Shown here piece after piece: positions 40,956-50,773 of a stretch of DNA of 64,000 bases (its first letter is position 1; each line of letters begins with the position of its first letter). The DNA comes from Pseudarcicella hirudinis. GTDB taxonomy: Bacteria; Bacteroidota; Bacteroidia; Cytophagales; Spirosomataceae. Below the pieces are notes generated by a model, which did no database searches, was not told where the DNA came from, and worked only from the letters and a program-made list of their open reading frames with translations. Position numbers and translations under genes: made by a program. The stretch covers positions 179,777 to 243,776 of the forward strand of contig NZ_FOXH01000001.1 of the NCBI RefSeq assembly GCF_900115665.1, written 5' to 3'.

Positions 40956-43748
40956 TTGAAATTTATGAAATATCGGGTAAACGATTTTCTCTGTTATACA
41001 AAAGCATTTTATCTTGCACTGATCTGTTCGCTTATTGTGCCTTTATCAGAAACCCCTGGTCAGTCTGATAACAAATCTACCCTTATCCAAAATAACAAAA
41101 AAGAGCAGAAATTCTTTGAAACCTTAATCGATGAACTAGAGAAACTCTACAGCAGTAATGATCTTCCCGGAGCCAATACAAAAGGAAGAATTGTTTTAAA
41201 ACTGATTGAAAAATCCCCTTCTCCGCATTTTGTCTCTAAATTTAAAGTGTATTCATTCCTTGCGGCAAATTATGTAAAGCAGGATCGTGAAGATTCCGCA
41301 GTATTCTTTTTTCAGCGCGGCAACGAATTATCGGGTATTTCTCATGAGCTGACAGAGAAGATTCCCGACTATGTCTGCGCACATTGGGGTAATCAGGGAG
41401 TGTTCTACAGAGATAAAGCAAATTTTATCCAATCTGTTAATTGCATCAATAAAGCTATTCAGATTGTGGATCAGTATAGACTAAAGCGTTACAGGCCGAT
41501 TTTACTGAATAATCTTGCCAACAGTTATGATCTGATGGGTAATTCTGAGAAAGCCCTTACCCTGTATAAGCAGATTGAAAGACTCGGTTTACCCGAAGAT
41601 ATTCAACAGGTTTATATACTTTCATCTATGGGCTGGAACTCGTTAAGGCTTAAACAAAATACCAGCGCAGCATTTTACTTTAAGAAAAGCCTGAAATTCT
41701 ACAGAAAACTCCTCAGAAAGAAAGCCATTTCAGAGGACAGTGAATTGGAAACGAGACTTCTGTATCATATTGGTCTTTGTGAATCAAGAACTAAATCCTA
41801 TCAGCAAAGCAATCTTTTTTTAACCAATGGCATTAATGCGCAATTATCCAAAGGATTATTAAAAGGCCGATACCTTGCCTTATGTTATGACCGAAAAGCA
41901 AGAAATGCCGGAGAAAACGGACAAATTTCAGAGGCATTGTCTTTTATTCAGCAGGGTTTGATGGCTGTAGTCCTGAATTTTGACGATTTGAATCCTAAAA
42001 AAAATCCGGAGCTGTCGCAGATAAACCTCGGACAGCAGACATTATTTCAATTACTGGCATTTAAAGGAAAACTACTTTTTCAACTGTATGAAAAAACACA
42101 TAATGAAGAATTGCTTAAGTCTTCAGTCAAGACTTTTCAGCTGGCCGTTATGCTTGCAGATAATTACAGAAAAGAGATTGATTTTCAGGATGATAAAGTG
42201 TATTTTACACAGTCGAATACAACTGTTTTCCATGAAGCGATAGAAGTGACCTATCAATGGTATATCAAAAGTCCTTCGAGGGAAAAAGCTACTATTTTAT
42301 TTGAATTAATTGAAAGCAACAAAGCGGTTTCATTGAATGATTTTGTTGAACGTTATAAAACTGAAGAACCAAAGATACCAGGTGATCTGCTTTCCAATGA
42401 AAAGAAAGAGATGGCTATCAATTCAGGACTGAGGCAAATGATCCTGCAAAATGCCGGCAGGGAAAAACCCGATAGTCTGAAAAAGCTTTTGACAGACAGC
42501 GAATTGAGACTTTATCAGATAAAAGCGACTATTTCAAAACACCTTCCGTTTAATATTTACCGGAATACAGAAAAGACATTTTTATTGAAGGAACTAACGG
42601 CATTACTAAGTAAAGAAACAGCCTATCTGAGCTATACATTTACCGATTCCGGGAATTTACTCGTCATGGGATTAAGTAGTAAGTCGTTTATAATCAGGAA
42701 AATACCTGTTTCAAAAGAATTCTATGACGAAGTTTCCGGTTTAATTCCAAAATTACATACTAATCCTATTTTTCAGGGATACCTCGGGAATAAGGAGGGA
42801 ATCCGGCTGTATAATTACCTGATCAAACCCATAGAACATTTTCTGGCCGGAATTGAGCGTTTAATAATTTGCCGTGATGGTGCGCTTAATTACCTTCCTT
42901 TCGAGGTATTGGAAACAGGGAAGAAGAAAGACGATTACCTGGTTAATCATTATGCTGTTACCTATGTTTATTCCGGATTAAGTTATGTGCTGCGGCATGA
43001 AAATGAAACTACTTCGAAGAATCGATTGCTTACGATGGTACCATTTAACCACCAGCGGATTACAGCAGAGGGAGATACCTTAAAAGCACTGAGAACTTCC
43101 GAGCAGATTAAAAAAATGAGTCATCGCTGGATCAGCGATAAAATGGCTACCAAAGAAGCATTTATTCAAAATATTAAAGAAAATAACCTGCTGAATCTGG
43201 TGGTTCATTCAGACATGGATCCTTCGGATCCGGCAAATTCCTATGTATATTTTTATCCGGATTCGAAAAAAGAGAAATGGAAACTGGGCTTTTACGAATC
43301 TCTCTCTTTACCCTTACAGAACTGTAAATTACTGGAAATAAGCTCATGCAATAGTGCAAATGGTCAGTTTGAGGCAAATGAAGGGCTTATTTCATTAACC
43401 TATGCTTTTACAAGAGCAGGCTGTCGTTCGGTAGTTGGTGCACAGTGGAAGGCACATGACCGCTCAAGTGCCTACATCAGCGGGTTGTTTTTTGAATACC
43501 TGAATAAGGGTTTTCCGAAAGATATTGCCCTGCAAAAAGCAAAGGTAGATTTTATCCAATCTTCCGTTGGACTGGATCTGGATCATCCTTTTTACTGGGC
43601 GAATTTAATCCTTACTGGAAGTAATCAACCGATTGCTGATAAGGTCGGATTACCTGTCTGGCTGATTGTATTGATTACATTGGCGCTTATCAGTTCAGCC
43701 ATATTGCTAAGAGTCAGGTTTTTCACCGGAAAAGCTAAGAGTGAATGA
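40956..43748 (+). CDS. Membrane-anchored TPR-repeat plus CHAT-domain (caspase-like) protease
   Basis: N-terminal signal/TM. Central TPR-like helical repeats. C-terminal CHAT with His (LVVHSDMDPSDP) and Cys (LLEISSCNSANG) dyad motifs. Terminal TM helix PVWLIVLITLALISSAILL. Confidence 0.8.
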   Translation: MKFMKYRVNDFLCYTKAFYLALICSLIVPLSETPGQSDNKSTLIQNNKKEQKFFETLIDELEKLYSSNDLPGANTKGRIVLKLIEKSPSPHFVSKFKVYSFLAANYVKQDREDSAVFFFQRGNELSGISHELTEKIPDYVCAHWGNQGVFYRDKANFIQSVNCINKAIQIVDQYRLKRYRPILLNNLANSYDLMGNSEKALTLYKQIERLGLPEDIQQVYILSSMGWNSLRLKQNTSAAFYFKKSLKFYRKLLRKKAISEDSELETRLLYHIGLCESRTKSYQQSNLFLTNGINAQLSKGLLKGRYLALCYDRKARNAGENGQISEALSFIQQGLMAVVLNFDDLNPKKNPELSQINLGQQTLFQLLAFKGKLLFQLYEKTHNEELLKSSVKTFQLAVMLADNYRKEIDFQDDKVYFTQSNTTVFHEAIEVTYQWYIKSPSREKATILFELIESNKAVSLNDFVERYKTEEPKIPGDLLSNEKKEMAINSGLRQMILQNAGREKPDSLKKLLTDSELRLYQIKATISKHLPFNIYRNTEKTFLLKELTALLSKETAYLSYTFTDSGNLLVMGLSSKSFIIRKIPVSKEFYDEVSGLIPKLHTNPIFQGYLGNKEGIRLYNYLIKPIEHFLAGIERLIICRDGALNYLPFEVLETGKKKDDYLVNHYAVTYVYSGLSYVLRHENETTSKNRLLTMVPFNHQRITAEGDTLKALRTSEQIKKMSHRWISDKMATKEAFIQNIKENNLLNLVVHSDMDPSDPANSYVYFYPDSKKEKWKLGFYESLSLPLQNCKLLEISSCNSANGQFEANEGLISLTYAFTRAGCRSVVGAQWKAHDRSSAYISGLFFEYLNKGFPKDIALQKAKVDFIQSSVGLDLDHPFYWANLILTGSNQPIADKVGLPVWLIVLITLALISSAILLRVRFFTGKAKSE

Positions 43749-45028
43749 TTTGCTGCAACGCAGTAACTTTTGATTTCATGCCGGGAATATTTAATAAAAA
43801 GGAAAATATGAAGGAAAATTTACTCTTACAGCAGGTAATACAGGCATACCAGGGGACAGACTCAGTAGTCAGGAGAAAAGCTATTGATAAATTTAAGGCA
43901 GAATTTACGCATAAATTGACGAAATATGCAAAAGATCAATTCGGGAATGATGAAGTAAGTAGTGCAGTGAACAAAAGTTTTGAGGATTTTTTGCTCACCG
44001 TAATTGGGTGCAATTATATTCCAGATGAAGTGTTCAAATCATTGAAAGACTTTTTACTTATTGATTATTACGAAGAAAAACTGTACAACGATTTTAAGGT
44101 TTTTCTTTCGCATAAAGACAGAACTCTGTTGAGTACGGAAAGAAAACTCAGAAAGGTTAATCAGGCTTTGCTGAATTTTTTATCTGAAAAACATTTGCGA
44201 AATGAATTGTCAGAAACTCCTGAGGAAGAGCCTTTTGCATTAGCCAAACTCAGCCATGACTGGATTAATGAGTTTACTTTCAATATATACCTGTATAAAA
44301 TTCTTTCGGGAGAAAGAAATCTTAAACATAACAGGACCCGGAAGCTAAAGAATATTGTGACGGATTCCTTCGCAGTTTTTATGCTTCGTTTTTCTCAGAA
44401 TAAAAATTCGAGAACCAGAATTGAGGGAGAAATAGGGTTTAATGTTCGCCTCCAGCTTGGCAGATTTGAGAAGGAAATGAAGACGATTGATACATTTCCC
44501 GATATTTTTTCCAGATCGCTGGAAATCCTGCTCAATAAGTTAAAAGAAAGTGATACAGTTCTCAAAACAACAATAATTCAGTTCTGGCTGGGTATTTTAA
44601 GGAATCAGCTGAAAGAAGGCAAAAAAGAAATTAACCCGAATAAAAGTAAGGTAAATATTGATGATGAAATAGATTACTCCGGTCGTCAGAATCTGAGAGA
44701 AGAAATATTTGCATTTATTCAGGAAGGGCTGGAGGCTATAAAGGATGTTCATGGTGGAAAGGCCATGAAGTTACTTTTGACAGGAAGACCAGGCAGGTTT
44801 ACCATAATTGTTATGGCTGCCACATTTGATAATATTCCGGATTGGCTAAAAAAAAGCCCCGACCCTGATTATGGAAATAAAGCTTCTGAAGCGCAGCAAA
44901 GGCAGGACTGTAAGAAAGCTCTGGTTCAATGGATGAATCTTCAGGTAGATGATCCTGAGAGCAACTGGTATGGGAACAGAGGACGGAATTTGATTGATTT
45001 CATTTGTAAAAAACCCGGAAAGAAATGA
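43745..45028 (+). CDS. Divergent ECF-sigma-like protein with ~180-aa C-terminal extension (translationally coupled to the CHAT gene)
   Basis: ATGA overlap with the upstream stop (alternative start at 43808 after aaaaaggaaaat). A region-2-like segment (...KSFEDFLLTV...) and a region-4-like HTH (FAVFMLRFSQNKNSRTRIEGEIGFNVRLQLGR, compared with canonical VFVLRY.EGLSYEEIAEILGISVGTVKSRL). Resemblance judged by eye only. Confidence 0.4.
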   Translation: MICCNAVTFDFMPGIFNKKENMKENLLLQQVIQAYQGTDSVVRRKAIDKFKAEFTHKLTKYAKDQFGNDEVSSAVNKSFEDFLLTVIGCNYIPDEVFKSLKDFLLIDYYEEKLYNDFKVFLSHKDRTLLSTERKLRKVNQALLNFLSEKHLRNELSETPEEEPFALAKLSHDWINEFTFNIYLYKILSGERNLKHNRTRKLKNIVTDSFAVFMLRFSQNKNSRTRIEGEIGFNVRLQLGRFEKEMKTIDTFPDIFSRSLEILLNKLKESDTVLKTTIIQFWLGILRNQLKEGKKEINPNKSKVNIDDEIDYSGRQNLREEIFAFIQEGLEAIKDVHGGKAMKLLLTGRPGRFTIIVMAATFDNIPDWLKKSPDPDYGNKASEAQQRQDCKKALVQWMNLQVDDPESNWYGNRGRNLIDFICKKPGKK

Positions 45029-45759
45029 GTAAAACGAATAATGACGGAAATTTTGAGGAAATAGAAAAGTTTCTTCATGGACAACTTAGTCCTGAAGCAG
45101 AATTACTTTTTTATCAGAGACTTAAAACCGATGAAGCATTTTTAAGAGATTTTCAACTGTGGACCAATCTGGAAGACTGGCTGGAAGAGGTTACAGAAAA
45201 TGAAATAAAAGCTGCTGTTAATATTCAGCCGATGGGGAGCGCCCGTCATGAAGGTGAAAATAAGGGAATTGTTTTGAAAATGCTGACGAATAAAAAACAA
45301 CCGGTATTAGTTATGCTGGTATTGATGGTTTGTTTTGGAGGTTTAATGTATTGGTATGTAAGGTTTTATGAAAGTGGTTCTGAGCTGGTTACCGGACAAA
45401 TGAGTTATATTGAAGGTAACACTAATACCGGGAAAGGAGCATTTGAGGGAGATGGATCCGTTGAGGCGAAAGTACCATTAAACTGGCGGGCTGAAAAGTA
45501 TGAGGGAAAAGATATCATGTATCAGTTTTTTTACCCGGACTCTCTATCCAGTCCTACAGAAATCATTTTCAGAGTTCCTGACCTGACTAAAGATTTTGCG
45601 AAAGGAGCGATATTATTTTATAGCTGGTCACATAAAAAGTTTATCCTGAAAATGGATAACCAAGTCTTTTTTATCAATAAAACCCATGATTGGGAAAAGT
45701 TAGTCCCTCATAAAAATGAAGAAAATTTACGGCCTGATAGCAATAATTCTGATAACTAA
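45025..45759 (+). CDS. Anti-sigma-factor-like single-pass membrane protein
   Basis: ATGA overlap with the upstream gene. The N-terminal FEEIEKFLHGQLSPEAELLFYQRLKTDEAFLRDF parallels the N-terminus of the anti-sigma at 60140 (LDAIERFCRGEMNTPEKEEFDRLLTNDPLLAKE). Central TM VLVMLVLMVCFGGLMYWYV. Confidence 0.45.
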   Translation: MSKTNNDGNFEEIEKFLHGQLSPEAELLFYQRLKTDEAFLRDFQLWTNLEDWLEEVTENEIKAAVNIQPMGSARHEGENKGIVLKMLTNKKQPVLVMLVLMVCFGGLMYWYVRFYESGSELVTGQMSYIEGNTNTGKGAFEGDGSVEAKVPLNWRAEKYEGKDIMYQFFYPDSLSSPTEIIFRVPDLTKDFAKGAILFYSWSHKKFILKMDNQVFFINKTHDWEKLVPHKNEENLRPDSNNSDN

Positions 45760-47428
45760 CTTTTCGGCATTTTGTCAGAACACAAAATGTGAATGTGAGG
45801 ATGTACTGAATAACAGAAATCCGGATAAGAGCTTTTTTCCCCTGAAAGATGCTACGAAGGAAAAAATAGATAAATGGGTAAACAAGATATTTTTACCTAT
45901 TTATAACGAAGCCCTCAGAGCCAGAGGGTTGCCTCAGTTTATCAGACTGGAAGTGAATGTTTTTAGCGTGAACTGTGTATCCGGCTATGGAGCTCTGGCA
46001 AAAAAATGCGAAAAGGAAAAGATTAACGGGAACCCTTTAATGATCCTTTATGATGAACAGTTTATCAATAAAATAGATCTGAAAAATGAGCTGAATACTT
46101 TGTTTGTATTGGCTCATGAATTAGGTCATATCGTTTCTGATCACTATCACAGCACGCTTCCCTATGATGAGTCTTACGATAATTATCTGAAAAAATTGAA
46201 CAAAAGTTATTACAGAGAAGAGCAGGATAACCGTGACAAGAAAAAAATGACTATCAGTGAAAAACACCTTGAGGAACTGACAGCTGATGGTTTTGCTATT
46301 TGGTTTCTCCGGAAGTTTTACGAAAAAAATCAGAGTAATAAAGCCATTGCCAGACAATTTGATCCGAAGAATTTATTACAGATTTTCCCGTCCATTGAAG
46401 AGCTTGAACCTGCAAAGTGTAAGGAGTCAGATTCTCATCCGGGTTGTAAAAGAAGACAATATTTCATCAGTAAGTTAATGGCTTCCGGGAATTGGGAGCA
46501 GGTAATGAATTTTAAAAAGAACATAAGAAGTTTTGCTTCAGAGTATATCGATTCAACCTATACCATTTTGTCTAAAAAAGAGATTGAACAAATGGGGCAG
46601 ATTGCTAAAAGAGCAAGAGAGAAAATTACCGGAGATTCTCTGAAGAGGATAGGAGAGCATTTTCTGAATAAGGAACAATACCTGAAAGCTGATTCATATT
46701 TTAAGCAATCAATTGCCATTTATTCTAATCTGGTTTATCCGGAAGACTCAGCAGATGTGGCACAAAAACTGGAAGAACTTAAGCAGATTTTATCAGTCAG
46801 ATCCTTTTCAAGATTGTCATTGCTGGGAGGATTGGATTTTATTAAGCCTCATCTGGTTTCAGGAAATGAGTCAGTTAACGCCACAAATGCCGGAATCGGG
46901 TTTGCAGGGCTACGACTGGGGAGATATAGTTATACCCGAAAACTTGGTTATGAGATAGATTTTAAATATGCTCTTCAGACACTTCAGTTTGATACTTATA
47001 AAGATGAGGCATCTGCTATTGAACGGTTTAACAGTTCCTCAATCTATATTCAACCCAGAATTGCCTTTAAACTGATTTCTGACGTCAGAGATAATAATAC
47101 CAGAGGTCTGATTCTTTCTGTAGGCCCCTCGCTGATGTATCCTTTAAATTTTAAATATCAGAATTTCTCCGTAGGAGGGGGGAATACACTTGGTGTTACG
47201 ATGAAACCGTCGGCAGGAATTAATTTTGGCCTGGGTTATGAGTATTTGCACAGAAAACTGACAGGAAGTACCTGGAATCATTGGAGGGTATCTTTAAATG
47301 GAGGATACCAGCCACTTAAATTTGAAAGTGAGCAGCTTGTAAATCAAAATTACTCAGCGGGTTTCTGGTTGCTGGGGCTTGACTTTACACTTGGAATTTT
47401 ACCTAAGTTTTTAATAAAAAAAGAATGA
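45716..47428 (+). CDS. Secreted HExxH zinc metallopeptidase-like protein with C-terminal beta-rich (possibly barrel) domain
   Basis: Signal MKKIYGLIAIILITNFSAFCQ. FVLAHELGHIVSDHY carries an intact HExxH. The C-terminal half has alternating-hydrophobic strands. The 5' end overlaps the upstream gene by 44 nt. Confidence 0.5.
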   Translation: MKKIYGLIAIILITNFSAFCQNTKCECEDVLNNRNPDKSFFPLKDATKEKIDKWVNKIFLPIYNEALRARGLPQFIRLEVNVFSVNCVSGYGALAKKCEKEKINGNPLMILYDEQFINKIDLKNELNTLFVLAHELGHIVSDHYHSTLPYDESYDNYLKKLNKSYYREEQDNRDKKKMTISEKHLEELTADGFAIWFLRKFYEKNQSNKAIARQFDPKNLLQIFPSIEELEPAKCKESDSHPGCKRRQYFISKLMASGNWEQVMNFKKNIRSFASEYIDSTYTILSKKEIEQMGQIAKRAREKITGDSLKRIGEHFLNKEQYLKADSYFKQSIAIYSNLVYPEDSADVAQKLEELKQILSVRSFSRLSLLGGLDFIKPHLVSGNESVNATNAGIGFAGLRLGRYSYTRKLGYEIDFKYALQTLQFDTYKDEASAIERFNSSSIYIQPRIAFKLISDVRDNNTRGLILSVGPSLMYPLNFKYQNFSVGGGNTLGVTMKPSAGINFGLGYEYLHRKLTGSTWNHWRVSLNGGYQPLKFESEQLVNQNYSAGFWLLGLDFTLGILPKFLIKKE

Positions 47429-48381
47429 AGTATTTGATAGCCAGTATTGTTGCGATAATTTCTTTGTTTTTGGTATTCGCCTGCGTAGAAGAGTTAAAAA
47501 CCGGAGATAGTTTCTCTTATTATAGTATTGTGAAAGATGAAGAAATTCAAAGTTCACTGAAATCCTGCTTTATTAAGTTCGGAATTACTAATTATTCCGG
47601 GAATTTTACCTTAAAAGAACAGGACGAAGCTATAGCAGAAGCCTTTGAAAGCTGGCAGCCTGAAATTACAAAGTTGTATTTTGCACAGGCCGGAATTAAC
47701 GAAAAAAAAGATTTTGCCATTGAGTTTTCCGCTGAAAACCTGTTTTCCGGTAAACAGAAAAATGCCGGATTGTTAAAGTTTAAAACCGGAGATGTTTTAA
47801 GCATTATCCGTCTTTCAGACACCCAGCCTTTTGTGAAATTCGTACTTAATGAAAACTATCACTGGGACAAGGCTACCTTCAAGGGGGTTATCCTGTTTCT
47901 CACCGGAAAAGTCCTAGGCTTACAGGTATCTGAAGTTCCTGGGTCAATACTGAATGAGGACGTTTCAAAGTTAAATACTAAAAATGCTCCCGGTAGTGAA
48001 GACCTGGAAACTGTTAAGAATCTGCTTCAGAATAAATGTAAGGAGGAAATTTTCTTCAATATTGTTACTTCTGCCTCAGATTCCGGGATAGACCTGAATC
48101 ATGTTCTTAGCATGCGAAATAACCCGGAAGGGCTTGTTTTTGAAAACGGATTTCTTCTTTCAACTGATTTTCAGTTTCCAACCCTTGATAAATATGCAAG
48201 AATTAAAGTATTAGACAGAAATGTGATAAAAACTAACCCTTATGGCTCTCCGATCGGTTTGAACAGACAATTCCCGCTAGACTCACTGAAATCCGGTACC
48301 AGCTATTATCTGAGAGGTTATTTTAAGGATAACACCGGGCGAGTTGTGTACAGCAAACAACTGAAGTTTAAAACAAACTAA
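47425..48381 (+). CDS. Matrixin-like lipoprotein paralogue with fully degenerate zinc site
   Basis: Lipobox ...LVFAC. CFIKFG...AEAFESWQPEITKLYF and YHWDKATFKGVILFLTGKVLGLQVSEVPGSILNED align with 39621..40643 (CLIRYA...DAFSVWQKANKNVLF; YPWTKESLSRAIAYHAGLFLGMGTS...SIMNPY). All three His are lost. ATGA overlap with the upstream gene. Confidence 0.45.
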   Translation: MKYLIASIVAIISLFLVFACVEELKTGDSFSYYSIVKDEEIQSSLKSCFIKFGITNYSGNFTLKEQDEAIAEAFESWQPEITKLYFAQAGINEKKDFAIEFSAENLFSGKQKNAGLLKFKTGDVLSIIRLSDTQPFVKFVLNENYHWDKATFKGVILFLTGKVLGLQVSEVPGSILNEDVSKLNTKNAPGSEDLETVKNLLQNKCKEEIFFNIVTSASDSGIDLNHVLSMRNNPEGLVFENGFLLSTDFQFPTLDKYARIKVLDRNVIKTNPYGSPIGLNRQFPLDSLKSGTSYYLRGYFKDNTGRVVYSKQLKFKTN

Positions 48382-48460
48382 AAAAATATTAATCTTTATG
48401 TAACCAATAAAATTGTAGTGGTACTATCAGGGTGTTTTAATTCTATTTTTAACAACTGAT

Positions 48461-49468
48461 ATGATGAGACAATTAATTTACCGGTCTGCCTTTATCATCA
48501 CAATATTGGCTATACTGCAAAGTTGTGAGCGTATTATTGAAGTACCGATCGCAGGAGAAGCTTCCGGGGCTATTATCAGAGTTGGCACTCCTTCCAGATC
48601 CGGACAAACAGCTACTTTCACGATAGATGTGCATGTAGTAGATGGCGCCGGAAATTATGCGAGTGGATTAGGAGCGCAAAATTTCACGATGATGGAAGAT
48701 ACAACCGGAAGAAAATATTCGCTTTCTTTTAGGTTACTTGATATCAAAGGGGGCAACAGAACTCCCGTAAAAGGTGATTACAATGCATTCCTCTTACTGG
48801 ATCAAAGCGGAAGTACGGATGATACAGATCCGGACAATCTGAGAATCAGGTCAAGCCAGATTTTTCTTGAATCTATGGGAAATAATGATAAAGTAGCATT
48901 AGGAAGTTTTACTACAGGTCAGCTTTATCCTTCATTGAGTGGAAATGTGCATTTACACGGAGGGTTTAATGCTAAAGGAACAACTTTTTATCCGGCATTA
49001 GATTCACTTAAGAATACAATTCTTAAAGGAAATACGCCTTTATTTACATCAACAGCCTGGGCAATTAATTACACTGCTGCAAATGCTAAAGCCCAAAATA
49101 AAGTTGTTATTTTGTTTACAGACGGACAGAATAACGGAGGCTCCAGTCAGTCTGCCGTAGAATCATTATCTCTTCAAAAAAAAGTGCCGGTCTATACGGT
49201 AGGTCTGAGCACAGATGTTGGCTTTGATGTACTTAATAACATGGCTCTCAATACCGGAGGTAGTTTCATGTGGGCGAAAGATGCTAAACAGCTTATCAGT
49301 TATTTCGGAACACTGGGAAATTTATTAAGAGGGAATGCAGAATACTATACCCTGACGTTCGAAGCAAGTGCCGGCAGTTTACCGACTTTCAGTAAATTAT
49401 TGTACTTACAGGTAAGCCTTCCGAATGGTAAGAAATTCTGGATGCCATATGTCATCAAACTGGCATAA
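48461..49468 (+). CDS. von Willebrand factor type-A (vWA) domain lipoprotein
   Basis: Lipobox ...ILQSC. MIDAS motif LLLDQSGST. Downstream ...TAWAI... and VILFTDGQNNGG. Confidence 0.8.
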   Translation: MMRQLIYRSAFIITILAILQSCERIIEVPIAGEASGAIIRVGTPSRSGQTATFTIDVHVVDGAGNYASGLGAQNFTMMEDTTGRKYSLSFRLLDIKGGNRTPVKGDYNAFLLLDQSGSTDDTDPDNLRIRSSQIFLESMGNNDKVALGSFTTGQLYPSLSGNVHLHGGFNAKGTTFYPALDSLKNTILKGNTPLFTSTAWAINYTAANAKAQNKVVILFTDGQNNGGSSQSAVESLSLQKKVPVYTVGLSTDVGFDVLNNMALNTGGSFMWAKDAKQLISYFGTLGNLLRGNAEYYTLTFEASAGSLPTFSKLLYLQVSLPNGKKFWMPYVIKLA

Positions 49469-49605
49469 TCTTCCGGTAAATAGTGAAACAGTCAGAACAT
49501 AATTTCCTGTCCGGAGCATTTCCGGATAAAGAGGACACCTTTGCCCTTACCAGGATAAATACTTTGAAAAAGCCATAAATCTTAAATCAATTGATCTGAA
49601 ATCCG

Positions 49606-50748
49606 ATGAAAAAAATAACAAAACAGAACTTATTGAAATTTATATTGATGAACCTATATATAGTTCCGTCAGTTTGGGGGCAGGACGTTATTTACCTGAA
49701 AGATCATACCAGTCTGGCATGTAAAATTCAGGAAGTTAGTCCCGAGAAAATCAAATATAAAAGGCCGGATAATCCGGAAGGACCGAATTATTCGGTAAAA
49801 ACGGAGACAACATTGCTGATTATTTCTGAAAAAGGCTCTTATCTGACGAGTGCTGAATTGACTGACGGTGCCGTTGATCCGACAAGTATTACTGAACATT
49901 TTAATATAACACTAAATGCTCCTTCACCTCAGTATGATCAGATTATTACTAATTCTGACATGCTGAAAGTTACAATAGATCAGGATATTGATCCGTTAAT
50001 CTATATTTCACAATCCGGAGAAAGTAAGAGTATTGTTTTGTCGGAAGTGCTGGCTGTTTTATACAAAGATGGTCATCATAAACTCATCGCTGATCCCGAG
50101 AAAGTGGCAGAAATTCTGACGAAGCTGAAAAGCCATGAAACAGGTATGAAAAACCCTGCAATCAGCCAGGCTGATAAAGAAAACAGCGAAAAAACGGTGT
50201 TGGCTCCGATACAGAATAACATGTCTGATATTGACATGGGGGAACTGGGGATGGTTAAATTCGAAGATTACAGTGAGAAAGCAATGGCAAAGGTCAGGGA
50301 ATTTACCAACGTAATTACCATACTGGCCAACAAGGAAACAGATTTTAATGAATCTAATAAAATCATTGAGAAGACCATAGAGCTTTTCCTCGACGATAAA
50401 GCCAGGGTTGAAGTAAGTAGTATCAGTCGTCCTGAAAAAAAGAAATACCTGATCCGTGAATACCTCAAACGAATCAAGCTTTTAAAGTATGATAATGTTG
50501 AGGTGTCATATTCTAATATTCAATATGTAGGCAAGCTCAGAAAAGCAGCCAATGGCTTGTATTACGGCATTGTTTCTTTTGAACAGGCCTTTACAGGTTA
50601 TCGTGACGGAAGGATAGTTTATCAGGACAAAACTGTTAAAAATCATACCGTTGTGGTTAAAGTTTCTGAAGAGATGATTAGTGGTACCACGAGTTTATGG
50701 TGGGACGTCTTCCTATACGATGTTGGGGTAGTGGAAACAAAAGGATAA
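49606..50748 (+). CDS. Secreted hypothetical protein with N-terminal ~55-aa module shared with 56590..57912
   Basis: Signal peptide. DVIYLKDHTSLACKIQEVSPEKIKYKR parallels DRIYRTDKTIIEGKIEEISETEILYK and DRIIRKDGGIVEGKIVNASPGKIEYK in the later gene. Confidence 0.4.
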   Translation: MKKITKQNLLKFILMNLYIVPSVWGQDVIYLKDHTSLACKIQEVSPEKIKYKRPDNPEGPNYSVKTETTLLIISEKGSYLTSAELTDGAVDPTSITEHFNITLNAPSPQYDQIITNSDMLKVTIDQDIDPLIYISQSGESKSIVLSEVLAVLYKDGHHKLIADPEKVAEILTKLKSHETGMKNPAISQADKENSEKTVLAPIQNNMSDIDMGELGMVKFEDYSEKAMAKVREFTNVITILANKETDFNESNKIIEKTIELFLDDKARVEVSSISRPEKKKYLIREYLKRIKLLKYDNVEVSYSNIQYVGKLRKAANGLYYGIVSFEQAFTGYRDGRIVYQDKTVKNHTVVVKVSEEMISGTTSLWWDVFLYDVGVVETKG

Positions 50749-50773
50749 TATTCACGCAAAACGACCTGAGATT

